Origin: an uncultured Spirochaetota bacterium
Lineage (GTDB): Bacteria; Spirochaetota; UBA4802; UBA5550
Assembly: GCA_963827275.1 (NCBI GenBank)
Contig: CAWHAA010000001.1
Span: 1 to 64,000, forward strand
Reading direction: 5' to 3'
DNA length: 64,000 nucleotides
The notes beneath the pieces were generated by a model that saw only the letters and a program-made list of their open reading frames with translations, did not search any database and was not told the origin of the DNA. Both the position numbers and the translations under genes were made by a program. Shown here piece after piece: positions 11,532-22,500 of the stretch (within the stretch, counting starts at the first letter, position 1; every line of letters starts with the position of its first letter).

Positions 11532-12914
11532 ATGTGCGACACCATGGTATCAACCCCGGAATCATCCGCTGAAGGATTGATGATTCTCGCGAAAAACTCG
11601 GACAGGGAGCCGAACGAGGCGCAGAATATCACGTTCGTCCCGGCCGCGGACCATCCCGCGGGCAGCCGGGTGCGGTGCACCTACATAGAGGTCCCCCAGG
11701 TGACGCACACCCATGCGGCCCTCCTCTCCCGGCCGTTCTGGATGTTCGGCGCCGAGATGGGCGTGAACGAGCACGGCGTCGCCATCGGCAACGAGGCCGT
11801 GTTCACGAAGGAAAAATATCACAAAAAAAATGACGCCCTCCTCGGCATGGACATCCTGCGCCTTGCCCTTGAGCGTTCGCGGAACGCCATGGAGGCGGTT
11901 GACTGGACCATACGCCTCCTGGAGGGGCATGGCCAGGGCGGCGTCCATACCATGGGCGGCACGAAATATTACCACAATTCATTCATCATCGCCGACCCCC
12001 GGGAAGCCTATATCTTCGAGACGGCGGGGCCCCACTGGGCATACAGGAGGGTGGACGATATCGCCTCCATTTCAAACTGCCTTGCGATTGAAAACGAGTA
12101 TGCCGCGTCCTCGCTTGACCGGGGGCGGCATGCCGACAGGCCGCAGGAAAACAAAAAGGGCCGGATAAATTTTCGCGCCCGATTCAGCGACACGCTGTTC
12201 ACGCATTTTGCCCGGGGGAGGATACGGAATGCGTGCAGCTTCGCCATGCTCGGCCGGCAGAAGGGCGCGGTGACCGGCAGCGACATGATGAAGATACTGC
12301 GGGACCATAATGTCGCCGAGCCGTACCGGCCCGGGTCCCGGCCCATGGAGCGTATCTGCCTCCATGCCGGCGGGCTCATATCATCCCAGACTGCCGGTTC
12401 AATGGTGGCGGTTTTAAAAAAAGGGCGCATGCCGCTCGTCTATCTTACCGGCACCGCCGCTCCCTGCACAAGCATATACAAGCCGCACGTGATCAGCGCC
12501 GGCCAGAGCAAATTGAGTGCCGGTCGCCCCGCAACACACTCGCACTTCGGCGGCTATGACCTCTACGGCGGCGCGACGGCCAGGTTCGACCCCCTGACGC
12601 TCTGGTGGACCGGCGAGCTCATCCATCGGCGCGTGCTGATGAATTATCCCGCGCTGATCCCGGCGGTGAAGTCCGCCAGGGACGACGTCGAGAACAGGAT
12701 GGCGGCCGCCGTGGAAAAGAAATGGAAGACCGGCAAGAGCTCCGACGTTGTTTCTTTCTGCGACAGGCAGGCGAAGGAGCTGCTGCAGCTGAATGCCGCG
12801 CTTGCCGACATGATACGGCAGGAATACAAAAAGCTGAGAGGCAAAAAGGACGCGCCCTGGTGGTTTTCCGCGCAGTGGGACAGGATCAACGCGAAGGCGG
12901 GGATTGCGCTATAG
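11532..12914 (+). CDS. Peptidase C69 / secernin-like dipeptidase (Ntn hydrolase)
   Basis: N-terminal MCDT nucleophile, AKNSDREPNEAQ, GAEMGVNEHGVAIGNEAV, LLGMDILRLALER. Confidence 0.9.
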   Translation: MCDTMVSTPESSAEGLMILAKNSDREPNEAQNITFVPAADHPAGSRVRCTYIEVPQVTHTHAALLSRPFWMFGAEMGVNEHGVAIGNEAVFTKEKYHKKNDALLGMDILRLALERSRNAMEAVDWTIRLLEGHGQGGVHTMGGTKYYHNSFIIADPREAYIFETAGPHWAYRRVDDIASISNCLAIENEYAASSLDRGRHADRPQENKKGRINFRARFSDTLFTHFARGRIRNACSFAMLGRQKGAVTGSDMMKILRDHNVAEPYRPGSRPMERICLHAGGLISSQTAGSMVAVLKKGRMPLVYLTGTAAPCTSIYKPHVISAGQSKLSAGRPATHSHFGGYDLYGGATARFDPLTLWWTGELIHRRVLMNYPALIPAVKSARDDVENRMAAAVEKKWKTGKSSDVVSFCDRQAKELLQLNAALADMIRQEYKKLRGKKDAPWWFSAQWDRINAKAGIAL

Positions 12915-12961
12915 GCGGCCTTCCGGGCCTGCCGCGGGTCACGCGGCACGTTCACTTCATG

Positions 12962-13723
12962 TCACACCGTCAGCCACTCGCCGGCGCCGTAACGCCCCGC
13001 AACATGGTAGGTCATGTTCCCGTTCATGGCCCGGTGGGTCTGGAGCGCACGCTCCGGCGTGTTGTTCGCCTCCGACAGGTGGCCCAGGCAGGCCCAGCGC
13101 AGCCGCGCCCCGTGCCGGGCGATAAGCTCGGCGGATTCGATGTTTGATATGTGGCCGCGGGGACCGCTGATCCTGCTTTTAAGATACTGCGGGTACGGCC
13201 CGGCGCGCAGCATGTCCGGGTCATAATTGCTTTCGATCAGCGCGGCATCCACCGAGGAGAGGGCGCTTTTCAGCTCGTCGTACGCGTGCCCCAGGTCGGT
13301 GAATATCCCCAGCCGCGATGCGCCGTCATCGACAATAAACGCCACGCCGTCCGCGCCGTCATGGGGCGTGCGGAAGGTCTCGACCCGCACACTGCCGAAC
13401 CGCAGGGCGTCACCCGCCAGGAAATGGCGCACCTCCCGAAGCGCGCCGAGATCACAGGAAGCCCGCGCGGCGCGCAGCGTCGTTTCGGTGACGAACAGCG
13501 GTATGCCGAACTTGCGCTGGAAGATTCCCGCGCACCGGGCATGGTCCGCGTGGTCATGGGAGATGATGAGCGCGTCCACCCGGGCAATGTCACGGCCTGC
13601 CCGGGAAAGGCGCGCTGCCGCCTGTTTACCGCTGATTCCTGCGTCGAAGAGCAGCTTCACGTCCCCTGCCTCGACATAGATGCAGTTGCCGTTGCTGCCT
13701 GATTGGAGAGAGATGAAGTTCAT
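12962..13723 (-). CDS. MBL-fold metallo-hydrolase (YycJ/WalJ-like)
   Basis: SLQSGSNGNC, ISHDHADH, TPHD, TDLG, IESNYD, GHISN, GHLSEANN; likely TTG start. Confidence 0.88.
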   Translation of the reverse strand: MNFISLQSGSNGNCIYVEAGDVKLLFDAGISGKQAAARLSRAGRDIARVDALIISHDHADHARCAGIFQRKFGIPLFVTETTLRAARASCDLGALREVRHFLAGDALRFGSVRVETFRTPHDGADGVAFIVDDGASRLGIFTDLGHAYDELKSALSSVDAALIESNYDPDMLRAGPYPQYLKSRISGPRGHISNIESAELIARHGARLRWACLGHLSEANNTPERALQTHRAMNGNMTYHVAGRYGAGEWLTV

Positions 13724-13829
13724 TGCGCCCTTTATGCACCATGGTCCTCATGAATATTGTTCACGCCATACTCATGGAACCGGACGGCCATACAGCGCGG
13801 CCGTCCCCGGAGGATCTGTCCCGGTCGGT

Positions 13830-14735
13830 TCAGTCGTTCCCGGGCCGGCCGCCCCGGTCCCGCCTCCCGGCGCCGCCCCGCGGCTTGGGCCCTGCAGAGC
13901 GTCCCGGGTTGGTTCTTCCACCGGGGCCGGACCTCGGCCTGGAGGAAGAGGAAGACCGGTGCTGCGGACCGCCCTCATGTTCCGGCGATCCGCCGCGGCC
14001 GTGTCTCCGGGCGTCATTCGAAGACCTGCCCGGGCGCGCCGGCCTGTCATGCGACCATTCTTTTCTCTGGGGATGGGGAGCATCGGATCTTTTCCGCGCG
14101 TGGCTTCCCGCCGGGATGGCATTCGGGCCGGGAAACCGTTCCCAGGAATTGTAATTTGGCTCGTTCTCATGATCGCCCTGCCCGCCATGGCCGTGTTGCT
14201 GGCCATCCCCTGAAGACCTGCCAGGGCGCGCCGGCCTGTCATGCGACCATTCTTTTTTTTGCGGGTGCGGGGCCCCGGGCCGTTTCCGGGAGCGGCCCCC
14301 GCCCTGCCTGTTATCAGGGTCGTTTGAATGATCACGCGAATTGTAGCTCTCTTCAAGCCTGTGTGTTATGCCATACTCATTTTTCAAAAAACCGTGGCCC
14401 GTTGTCACGCGCGGCCTGTTATCGATATTCCTTCTTTTTTTCTGCCTGGAAATATCCTCCGAGCGCTCATCGTATCTTTTTATTGACGCCGCCCTGGCCT
14501 TTTTCGCCTTCATCGCCAGGCTGATACGCACCTCGCGGTCCATAAACGTGGTGCCGTTCAGTTTTTCAATTGCCTGCGCCGCTTCTGTCTCTTCGGACAT
14601 CTCGATAAATGCGTAGCCTTTCTTCTTATGGATCGTTACGGCTACCACCGTGCCGTAACTGGACAAGAGGGCCTTGAGGTCCTCTTCCGTTGCCGCAAAG
14701 TTTAAATTTCCCATAAAGACTTTTTTATTATCCAT
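13830..14735 (-). CDS. RRM RNA-binding protein with long disordered, internally duplicated C-terminal tail
   Basis: RNP2 VFMGNL and RNP1 KGYAFIEM, followed by ~200 aa rich in R/G/S/P/H. Confidence 0.82.
   Translation of the reverse strand: MDNKKVFMGNLNFAATEEDLKALLSSYGTVVAVTIHKKKGYAFIEMSEETEAAQAIEKLNGTTFMDREVRISLAMKAKKARAASIKRYDERSEDISRQKKRRNIDNRPRVTTGHGFLKNEYGITHRLEESYNSRDHSNDPDNRQGGGRSRKRPGAPHPQKKEWSHDRPARPGRSSGDGQQHGHGGQGDHENEPNYNSWERFPGPNAIPAGSHARKRSDAPHPQRKEWSHDRPARPGRSSNDARRHGRGGSPEHEGGPQHRSSSSSRPRSGPGGRTNPGRSAGPKPRGGAGRRDRGGRPGND
14020..14275. repeat. Direct repeat with 192-bp spacing inside the RRM tail
   Basis: GAAGACCTGCC(C/A)GGGCGCGCCGGCCTGTCATGCGACCATTCTTTT at 14020 and 14212. 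Confidence 0.9.
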
Positions 14736-15029
14736 CAAAACCTCTGATTTAGGTACTGCCTTTTATTATCACTTTCTTCCGTATGCTATTCGGTGGATCA
14801 AAATATACCGGATATTTCACAATTTTTCCTGAATACTGCGGGAAAGACAGGATATTGTCTTTTTCAGGAAGGATCCAAATTATTGAGTATATTCCGCCTT
14901 TGAACCCCGGGCCGCGCATCCTGCACGTTTAATTGAGTGTAAATTGACTGTAATGCGTAATTATTACCGCAGAGGGGTCTTTTTGTCAAGAAGGTATCAT
15001 CCCCCGTAAAATTTTAATCGACCCGGGCA

Positions 15030-16146
15030 TCAGGCGATCGCATCACCTTCGAAAAACCTGTGAAATTGGCGCGGGAGGTCGCGGTAGTCCACGGCCGCGG
15101 CGTCGGCCGAGAGGTCCGCCGAGTTATAGGTATGCCAGTAGAGGACGGCGTCCTTCGCGCGGGACGGCTCCCGTATGAAGTCGAGGAGAAAGGCGCAGGT
15201 CTTCGCCGTGTACGTGGGCTCGAGACTGATCCCTTCCCTCTCCCTGAAGAGCCGCAGCGCCTCCATCCCCTTTTCCGTGGGCAGGCCGTATTCGCCGCCG
15301 AAGTAGTCATGGATGACGCGCTGTCCGCCGATCGAGACCTCCGGCACGCCCGGCGACGCGCCTTTCAGCAGGCGCAGGTGCTGCGCATGAGCGACGCGCA
15401 CGCTCTGCGCCGTGGCCAGGTCCAGGGGCCCGAGCCGCGGGCGCGTGACGCCGACGCCGATGACCTCCGCCGGTATCCCGGCAAGGAGCGCGCCGAGCGA
15501 AAGGCCGGCCATGGTGCCGTTCGACCCGAGCGGGCAGACGATGTACCGGGGCGCGGGCACCTGACCGTCATCGATCTGTCTCTTTAATTCGAACGCCGCG
15601 TTGACGAAGCCGAGCACCCCGACGGGCGATGAGCCGCCCGCGTACAGGAAATAGGCGCCCGGCCGCTTCAGCCGCTCCGTGGTGTAGAACTTCGCGCCGG
15701 CGGCGGTGATGCTCTTCGCGTACACGAGGCGGGCGCCGTGCTTGTGGAAGAGGAGGAGGTTCTGCCGCACGTAGCGCGTGACCGGCTGGTCGAAGATAAT
15801 GAGCGTCGCGGAGAGGCCGAGGCGCCGGCAGTAGATCGCGGTCGCGAGCCCGTGGTTCGTGCCGATCCCGCCGATGGTGACCACTTCCTTCTTCCCGCTC
15901 CGCACCACGTCGCCCAGGATGAATTCGAGCTTGCGGACCTTGTTGCCGCCATACACCGCCGAAGAGAGGTCGTCACGCTTGATCCACAGGTTGCCGTGCC
16001 CCAGGTTCTTCAACCGCTGCACGGGCGTCGGGAAGACTCCCGAGCGGGACATGGGCGATGGGGCCTTCGAGCCCGGGAAAGCGCTCAAAGAGCGCGGGCC
16101 TGCCGGCCTTCCCGGCGGCGGCCGTCCGTTCCGTTAACCGGTCCAT
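15030..16146 (-). CDS. PLP-dependent D-cysteine desulfhydrase / ACC deaminase-family enzyme (frameshifted)
   Basis: PTPVQ, WIKRDDL, GGNKVRKLE, TNHG, GGSS..G, LEPTYTAK. N-terminus MDRL..ALFERFPGL lies in another frame from ATG 16146. Confidence 0.85.
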
Positions 16147-17504
16147 TCATCCTCCTTCATTATATCATCCAGCCGTATCCCCTTCGAGAGGAGCCACCGC
16201 TTCCGCAGAACATAATAGATGACGCCGGACAGGATAAGCACGAAGAACAGGGCGATCTTCAGCGGGGACTTCATCTGCGAGAGGATCACCGCGCTGAAAA
16301 AGACCACCATGGCGAAGCCGACCGCGGGGCAGAAATAGAGCCAGAACCCCTTCAGCTTAAATACGGAATCGCGGTAGCGCTCCGGGTAGCGGCGCGGCAG
16401 CATCATCGATGACGCCAGCACGGGAACGAAGACGATCATGCCGCCGAGCGCCGCGTAGTTCGCGAAGGTCTCGAGGGAAAAACCGGAAAGCACGCCGGCA
16501 ATGGAGAGGGCCCAGATGATCGTCAGCAGAAGATACGCGCTGCCGAACCGGGGATGCACCGCTCCCAGGCCCGCCGGGAGGATCCCTGTCGCTGAATGGT
16601 CACCATGCAGCGATTTTGTCCCGATGATGAAACAGGCCGTTCAGGGTCGTGGTGATGGCCAGCACGGCGCCGCCGATGATGAAGAACGCGAACCCGGCGC
16701 CCGGCCTTCCGAAGCAGAGGGCGCTCCCCTCGATGAGGGGCTCCTGGCAGGCGGCCAGGCCCTTCCAGGGCGCGATCCCCACGGTCGTGACGGCCATGGC
16801 GACGTACAGCACCGCGACCAGGGCAAACGATATGGCGAAGGCGCGGGGGATCACCCTTCCCGGGTCCCTTGATCTCACCGCCCAGCTCGATGATGCCGTT
16901 TGACCCGAAATAGGTGAAGGTCAGGAGGGCCATGCCGAGTATGATGTTCCCCGCCCCCATCTGGAAAAAGTCCCGGAAGTTGTCCGGGTTGATTATGACC
17001 GCCCCCTTCACCGCGTACGAAACGAGCGCCGCGACCAGGACCAGCACCATGACGCCCTGGACCTGCACCGCGAGGCGTATGCCCAGCACGTTGATCACGA
17101 AAAAAAAGGTGATGATCCCTATCGCAAAAAAATCAACCGGGATGCCCGGGTAAAAAGACCTGGAGGTACCGCGCGCAGGCGATGGCGTAGAGGGGGATCT
17201 GGCCGATGAAGGACGCGAGGATGTAGACCCATATCCCCACGAAGGCGAGGCCCGGCGACACCATGCGGCTCGGGTAGCGGTAGTTTCCCCCCGTCGAGGG
17301 GAGCGCCGAACCGAGCATGGCCAGGGGCAGCATGCTGATGAACACGGGTATGACCGCCAGCGCGTAGGCCAGGGGGAGCGCCGGTCCGGCGATCTTCAGC
17401 ACGATCCCGGTGAAAACGAACACCCCGCCGCCCACGGTGGTGCCGATCGCTATGAAGGCGACCTCCGGGAGGCCCAGGACGCGCGTTACCCCCGGCATTG
17501 ACAT
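16134..17504 (-). CDS. APC-family amino acid permease (split in several frames)
   Basis: GTTVGGGVF, PSTGGNY, FTYFG..ELGGEIK, DPGRVIPRA, HPRFG across ORFs 17133-17504, 16523-17098, 16600-16878 and 16134-16559. Confidence 0.85.
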
Positions 17505-17531
17505 ACTGCATCCTCCCGCATCTCCGGCATG

Positions 17532-18076
17532 TTACGACCGCGCGGCGTCCAGTATCGCCCTGTTTTCCGGCACGTCGCCGATGTTCTTTCCATAATACGC
17601 GTAATCGATTGTTCCTTTTCGGTTCACTATGAAGACCGCCGGCAGCTGCATCTCGTTCCCCTCTTTCTTCCCGTGGCGTGATCCCGCTCCGGAAGGCCTT
17701 TATTGCCTTCCTGAGCACCGAGGGGGCCAGGTAGTGGAATATAGTTCCCCGGGGCGACGCGATACAGGGAGAATAGTTTCCCGTCCTGATCGCAGATGAT
17801 GGTGAACGGCACGGTCGCGCCCGCAAGCCCTTCCTTCACCGACGAAGGCACGCTCTGCAAAATCACGAACACCCCCAGCCCCGCGGCGCCGAACTCCTTG
17901 TGGTCCCGGAGGATGTCCCGTATCTTCAGCTGGCAGACGGGGCAGCCCGCGTAGCGAAGGAAAAAAAGGACGGCCTTTTTCCCCTTCACGGTTTTATAAA
18001 AATCGAGCCCCTGCCCGGAAACAGTATCAAAGGTAAAATTCGGGGCGGTCGTCCCGATCGTCAGTCCCTTGCTCAT
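17532..18076 (-). CDS. AhpC/TSA-family peroxiredoxin-like (redoxin) protein; frameshift near 17740
   Basis: IGTTAPNFT, FFLRYAGCPVC, ICDQDGKLF; C-terminus QLPAVFIVNRKGTIDYAYYG in another frame; GAGGAGG RBS. Confidence 0.8.
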
Positions 18077-18447
18077 CATCCCTCCTCGTGCCGCGCTCAA
18101 TGCGGGGCACAGCATGCCGCCATCCACAAACCCGCATAACATATCATAGGCCGGCCTGTGCCCTCATTCACCTTGCGGGCTTCAGCGGCGACTCATCGGG
18201 TATTGCTGCATTAAATAATACTAAATGATAAACGCTTCCATGTCAAGAAGCAATTTTTTTCGTTACCGGGGGCTTGCATATCCCGGCAAATAATCCGGCT
18301 ATTTTTTTGAAGTAACAGACTTTTTTCATTTTTTTGGGCATTTTTTTTGTGCCGATTCAATGAGTAACCCGACTATATGACAAACAGCGGATTGAACATC
18401 CGATATGGTTTTTTCCGCACACCATATTACCGAGGGGAACAACAGAC

Positions 18448-19149
18448 ATGAAAAACACGATACTATTTTTTGCTCTGGTATTTTTACTGATCGGCCTTGT
18501 ATACGACACGCCCGCGTATCCGGTCGGACTGGGCGCGTATGTCACCGGTTCGGGCGGCACGGCGTGGCACAAGGCGGGCGCCCTGAAGGAAGCGGACGCG
18601 TATGGCCTCCGGGGAAGGTACATGAAGGACTACCCGTCGGTCGCGTACGGCGCCGGCCTGCTCCTGGACACCGATCCGGCTTCCGACGGCGTCTTCAATT
18701 ACCGGTTGAGCGTCGGATACGACCGGATGAACGTGCTTGCCGCCAACAGGATCGACCTGAACAGGGTGAATTTCATGAACACGTTCGGCTTTCGCCTGTT
18801 CCGCAATGACACCTTCAAGCTCTGGTTCGGGCCGCAGATCGGCATCGACTACTGGTGGGGCAAGGAGGCGCACAGCAGATATGATATCAACCCGTACATG
18901 ATGATGATGCCGGGCCTCGCGCTTCCCCCGGTCTCGATCAAGCGGCGCTACCGCATGGTCGGGTTCGCCGGCGGGCTCGCGCTCGGCATGAACTTCAACC
19001 TGACGAACAGGGTGACCCTGTCGCTTGAGGTGGGCGCCCGCGGCCATGTCACCTCCTCGCAGAAGGAGCTTGAGGGGAACCCGCCGTCCGGCAAGGTGAA
19101 CGGTGTCGAGGGGTTCCTCTCCTTCGGCGTCATGGGAAGGGTGGACTGA
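18448..19149 (+). CDS. Secreted or outer-membrane beta-barrel-like protein
   Basis: Signal peptide, alternating aromatic/Gly beta strands, C-terminal GFLSFGVMGRVD. Confidence 0.65.
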   Translation: MKNTILFFALVFLLIGLVYDTPAYPVGLGAYVTGSGGTAWHKAGALKEADAYGLRGRYMKDYPSVAYGAGLLLDTDPASDGVFNYRLSVGYDRMNVLAANRIDLNRVNFMNTFGFRLFRNDTFKLWFGPQIGIDYWWGKEAHSRYDINPYMMMMPGLALPPVSIKRRYRMVGFAGGLALGMNFNLTNRVTLSLEVGARGHVTSSQKELEGNPPSGKVNGVEGFLSFGVMGRVD

Positions 19150-19155
19150 GCCGTG

Positions 19156-19503
19156 TTACAGCATCTCGTCGAGCCGGGTGATGAACAGGCTGATTCCCAC
19201 GCCGGAAAACTTTTCTTTCAGATGCATGATATCCTGCGTCATGGCGCTCTTCTGCGATGCGTCGATGGCCGCCATGACGCAGTTGTTCATGCTCGGCCAG
19301 ATATGGCTCCCCAGGTGCGGCTCCCGGCTGCCTTCACCGTAAACACCGGTGAATTTCGTGTAGCCGCCGGCATGGCGCTTCACGGTTTCCGTAATCTCCT
19401 CATCTACCGCGTTGCTGTACACGATGAAGAGGAGCATGAGTTCCGGTCTCCCCGGGGCCAACTGGCCCGCGCGTCCTGAAACCGACTTCTTTTTGTCCGC
19501 CAT
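19156..19503 (-). CDS. PII-like transporter-associated protein (PG0541-type)
   Basis: GYTKFTGVYGEGSREPHLGSHIWPSMNN; directly downstream of the RND permease. Confidence 0.7.
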   Translation of the reverse strand: MADKKKSVSGRAGQLAPGRPELMLLFIVYSNAVDEEITETVKRHAGGYTKFTGVYGEGSREPHLGSHIWPSMNNCVMAAIDASQKSAMTQDIMHLKEKFSGVGISLFITRLDEML

Positions 19504-19505
19504 GC

Positions 19506-22500
19506 TTATACCCTCCCGGCCCGGCGGCTGCGCCAGCGCTCTTTCAAGGTCTCGAAGAGCGAGTACATGACCGGGATAAAGATCAGCGTAAAGATGAATG
19601 ACGAGCACATGCCCCCCAGCACCGACCGGGCCAGGGGCGCCGACATCTCGGCGCCCTCGCCGGTCCCGATGGCCATCGGGACCAGGCCGAAGATCGTGGT
19701 GAAGGTCGTCATCATGATCGGCCGCAGCCGGTTCCGCCCCGCCTGGACAAGGGCCTCCCGGTAGGGCATTCCCCTGGCGCGGAGTATGTTGGTGTAGTCG
19801 ACGAGCACGATGGCGTTGTTCACCACGATGCCGGAGAGCATGATCACCCCCATGAAGGCCACCACGCTGAAGGTGGTGCCGGTGAGAAAGAGGAATATGC
19901 CCACGCCGAACATCATGGTCGGGATCGAGAACATGACGATGAAGGGAGAGAGGAGCGACTCGAACTGCGAGGCCATGATGATGTAGATCAGCAGCACTGC
20001 CAGGACGAGGGCCAGCACCAGGTCGCGGAACGTCTCCTGCATGTCCTTGAAGGAGCCCGTGATCTCCACGATAAAGTTCGTGGGCTTCACGACCGTGTCA
20101 AGCTTCGCCTGGATGTCCCGCACCACCGCGTCGAGGGGGCGCCCCTCGGGCCTGCAGGTAATGTAGGTGACGCGCTCCTGCCGCTCGCGCTCGATGGTGG
20201 TGGGGCCCGACGCCTCCCGTATGTCAAGGTAGTTGCCCACCGGCACCGTGGTGCCGAGGAGCGTCCCCACCCTGATCTGCTTGATGTCGTCCAGGTTCCT
20301 GCGGTCCTCCGGCCGGAGGCGGAGGCGCACGTCGTATTCCTTCCCCTTGTGCCGGTACACGGTCGCCACCCTGCCGGCCACGTTATTCTTCACCGCCGAG
20401 GCGATGGCGATGGAGGAAAGACCGGCACGGGAGGCCTTCTCGCGGTTTATCTCCATGACCTTCTCGGGGAGCCCCTCCTCGCGGGAGATATCGATGTCCT
20501 TCAGCCCCGGGATGTCCTTGATCGCGTTGTATATCTCCGCGGTGAACCGCTTCGAATCATCGAAATCATAGCCATAGACGTTGATGACCACCGAGGTGCC
20601 GCCGCCCATGGAGAACATGCGGCCCGCGGCGCTCTGGGGCGAAAAATTGAAGGTGACGCCGGGAAACCCGGCGAGCCCGTCGCGCACCGCGTTCCTGATC
20701 TCCGGGAGCGACCGTTTCCGCGCGGTGGTCGACACGAGCCTGAACTCCATCGAGGCCTTGTTGTCAGTGGTCTCGCTGAAGGCGCCGCCGATCCCCTCGC
20801 TGTACCCGGCGCGCACGCTCACGACGCGGTACTCCTCTTTCCGTACGATGCGGGCCACCTTCTGCTCTATCTCCATCATCGCTTTCTCGGTGGTGTCAAG
20901 GTTCGTGCCGACCGGCAACTTGACCTGGAACGCGAGCCGGCCGTCGTCCTGCTCCGGCATGTACTCCGCCCCCGTGAGATAGATCGCGGCCACGCCGGCA
21001 ACGATCGCAAGGACCGTGTAGAGGACGACCCTCTTCCGGTGCCCCAGCGCCCACACTATGACGCGCGAATAGACGGCATCCATTTCGTCGAGCCGCGCCC
21101 TGCTCCAGTCGAACACCCCGTTCAGGAACGCGAGCCGCCCCCTGTACCGCTTCTCGATAACGGGCACGAAACGCGCCGTCATCATCGGGATCAGCGTGAG
21201 GGCGATGACAAGGGATAAAATCATCGAGAAGGTGATGGTGAGCGCCATCTGCTTGAAGAGCTGCTTGGCAAGCCCCTCCGTGAAGAGGAACGGTATGAAC
21301 ACGATAATGTTCGTGAGGGTTGACGCGGTTATGGCGAGCCACATCTCCTCGGACCCGAGCTTGGCGGCCTCCGTGGGCCGCGCGCCCCGCTCCCGGTAGC
21401 GGAATATGTTGTCGAGCACGACAATGGAGTTGTCGATGAGCAGACCGACGCCGAGGGCAAGCCCCCCCATGGACATCATGTTGAGGGAGATGCCGTTGGC
21501 GTACATGGCGATGAAGGTCGCTATTATCGAGAGCGGGATCGAAAGCCCAAGGATGAGTGCTGACCGGATGTTGCGGAGAAAAATAAGGACGATCAGGATG
21601 GCCAGCAGGCTCCCCTGCCAGGCGCTGTCCGTGACCGCCGAGATGGCCTGTTCGATGTATTCCGACTGGTCAAAGACCGGCACGACCGCGACGCCGTTCG
21701 GGAGGGTCGCCTTCATCTCCTCGAGCCGCTTGTAGATGTTGCGGCACACGAGGACCGTGTTCTTGTCCGACTGCTTGCTCAGCCGGAGCATTACGCCGTT
21801 TTTCCCGTTCAGGCGGACCAGGTCGGTCCGCTCGGCGGGGCCCTCGTACACGCGCGCGATGTCGTAGAGGTAGACCGGCGCGCCGCCCTTCACGGTCACC
21901 ACGATGTTCCGGATGTCGCCGAGGTCCCTGAAATCGCCCCGGGTCCTGAGGGTGTACTTGCGCCGGGGCGACTTGATATCGCCGCCCGCTATGTTCAGGT
22001 TCTCCATCGCGACGATGTTCGCCAGCGATTCGACGGTGATGCCGTATGCGTCCATGCGCGACTTGATCAGCTCGACATGGACTTCCTTCTCCGCACCGCC
22101 CATCACCTGGGCGGAGGCGACGCCGTCGATCCGCTCGAACTGGTTTTTCAGAAAGTCCTCGGCATACTCCCTCACCCACATGGCGTCCCGCCGGCTCGAC
22201 ACCGAGAGCACCATTACCGGGATCATCGACATGTCGAATTTCAGCACGATGGGCGTCTCCACCTCGGCGGGCAGGTAGCCCTTGATGATGTCGATCCGCT
22301 CCCGGATATCGGACACGGCAAGGCCCATGTCCGTGCCCCACACGAACTTCATGGTGACGACGGCTATCCCCTCCTTGGAGGTGGACACGATGGAGTCCAG
22401 ATTGTTGATGCTGGCGAGGGTCTCCTCCACCGGCCGCGTGACGGTGCTCTCCACTTCCTTGGGGCCCACGTCCGGGTACTGTAAAATAACGACCGCCACG

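Noticed and set aside
18150..18210. Possible fluoride riboswitch or hammerhead (CCGATGAGTCGCC on minus strand)
   Set aside because: Only a few bases resemble the consensus; the required pairing and core are absent
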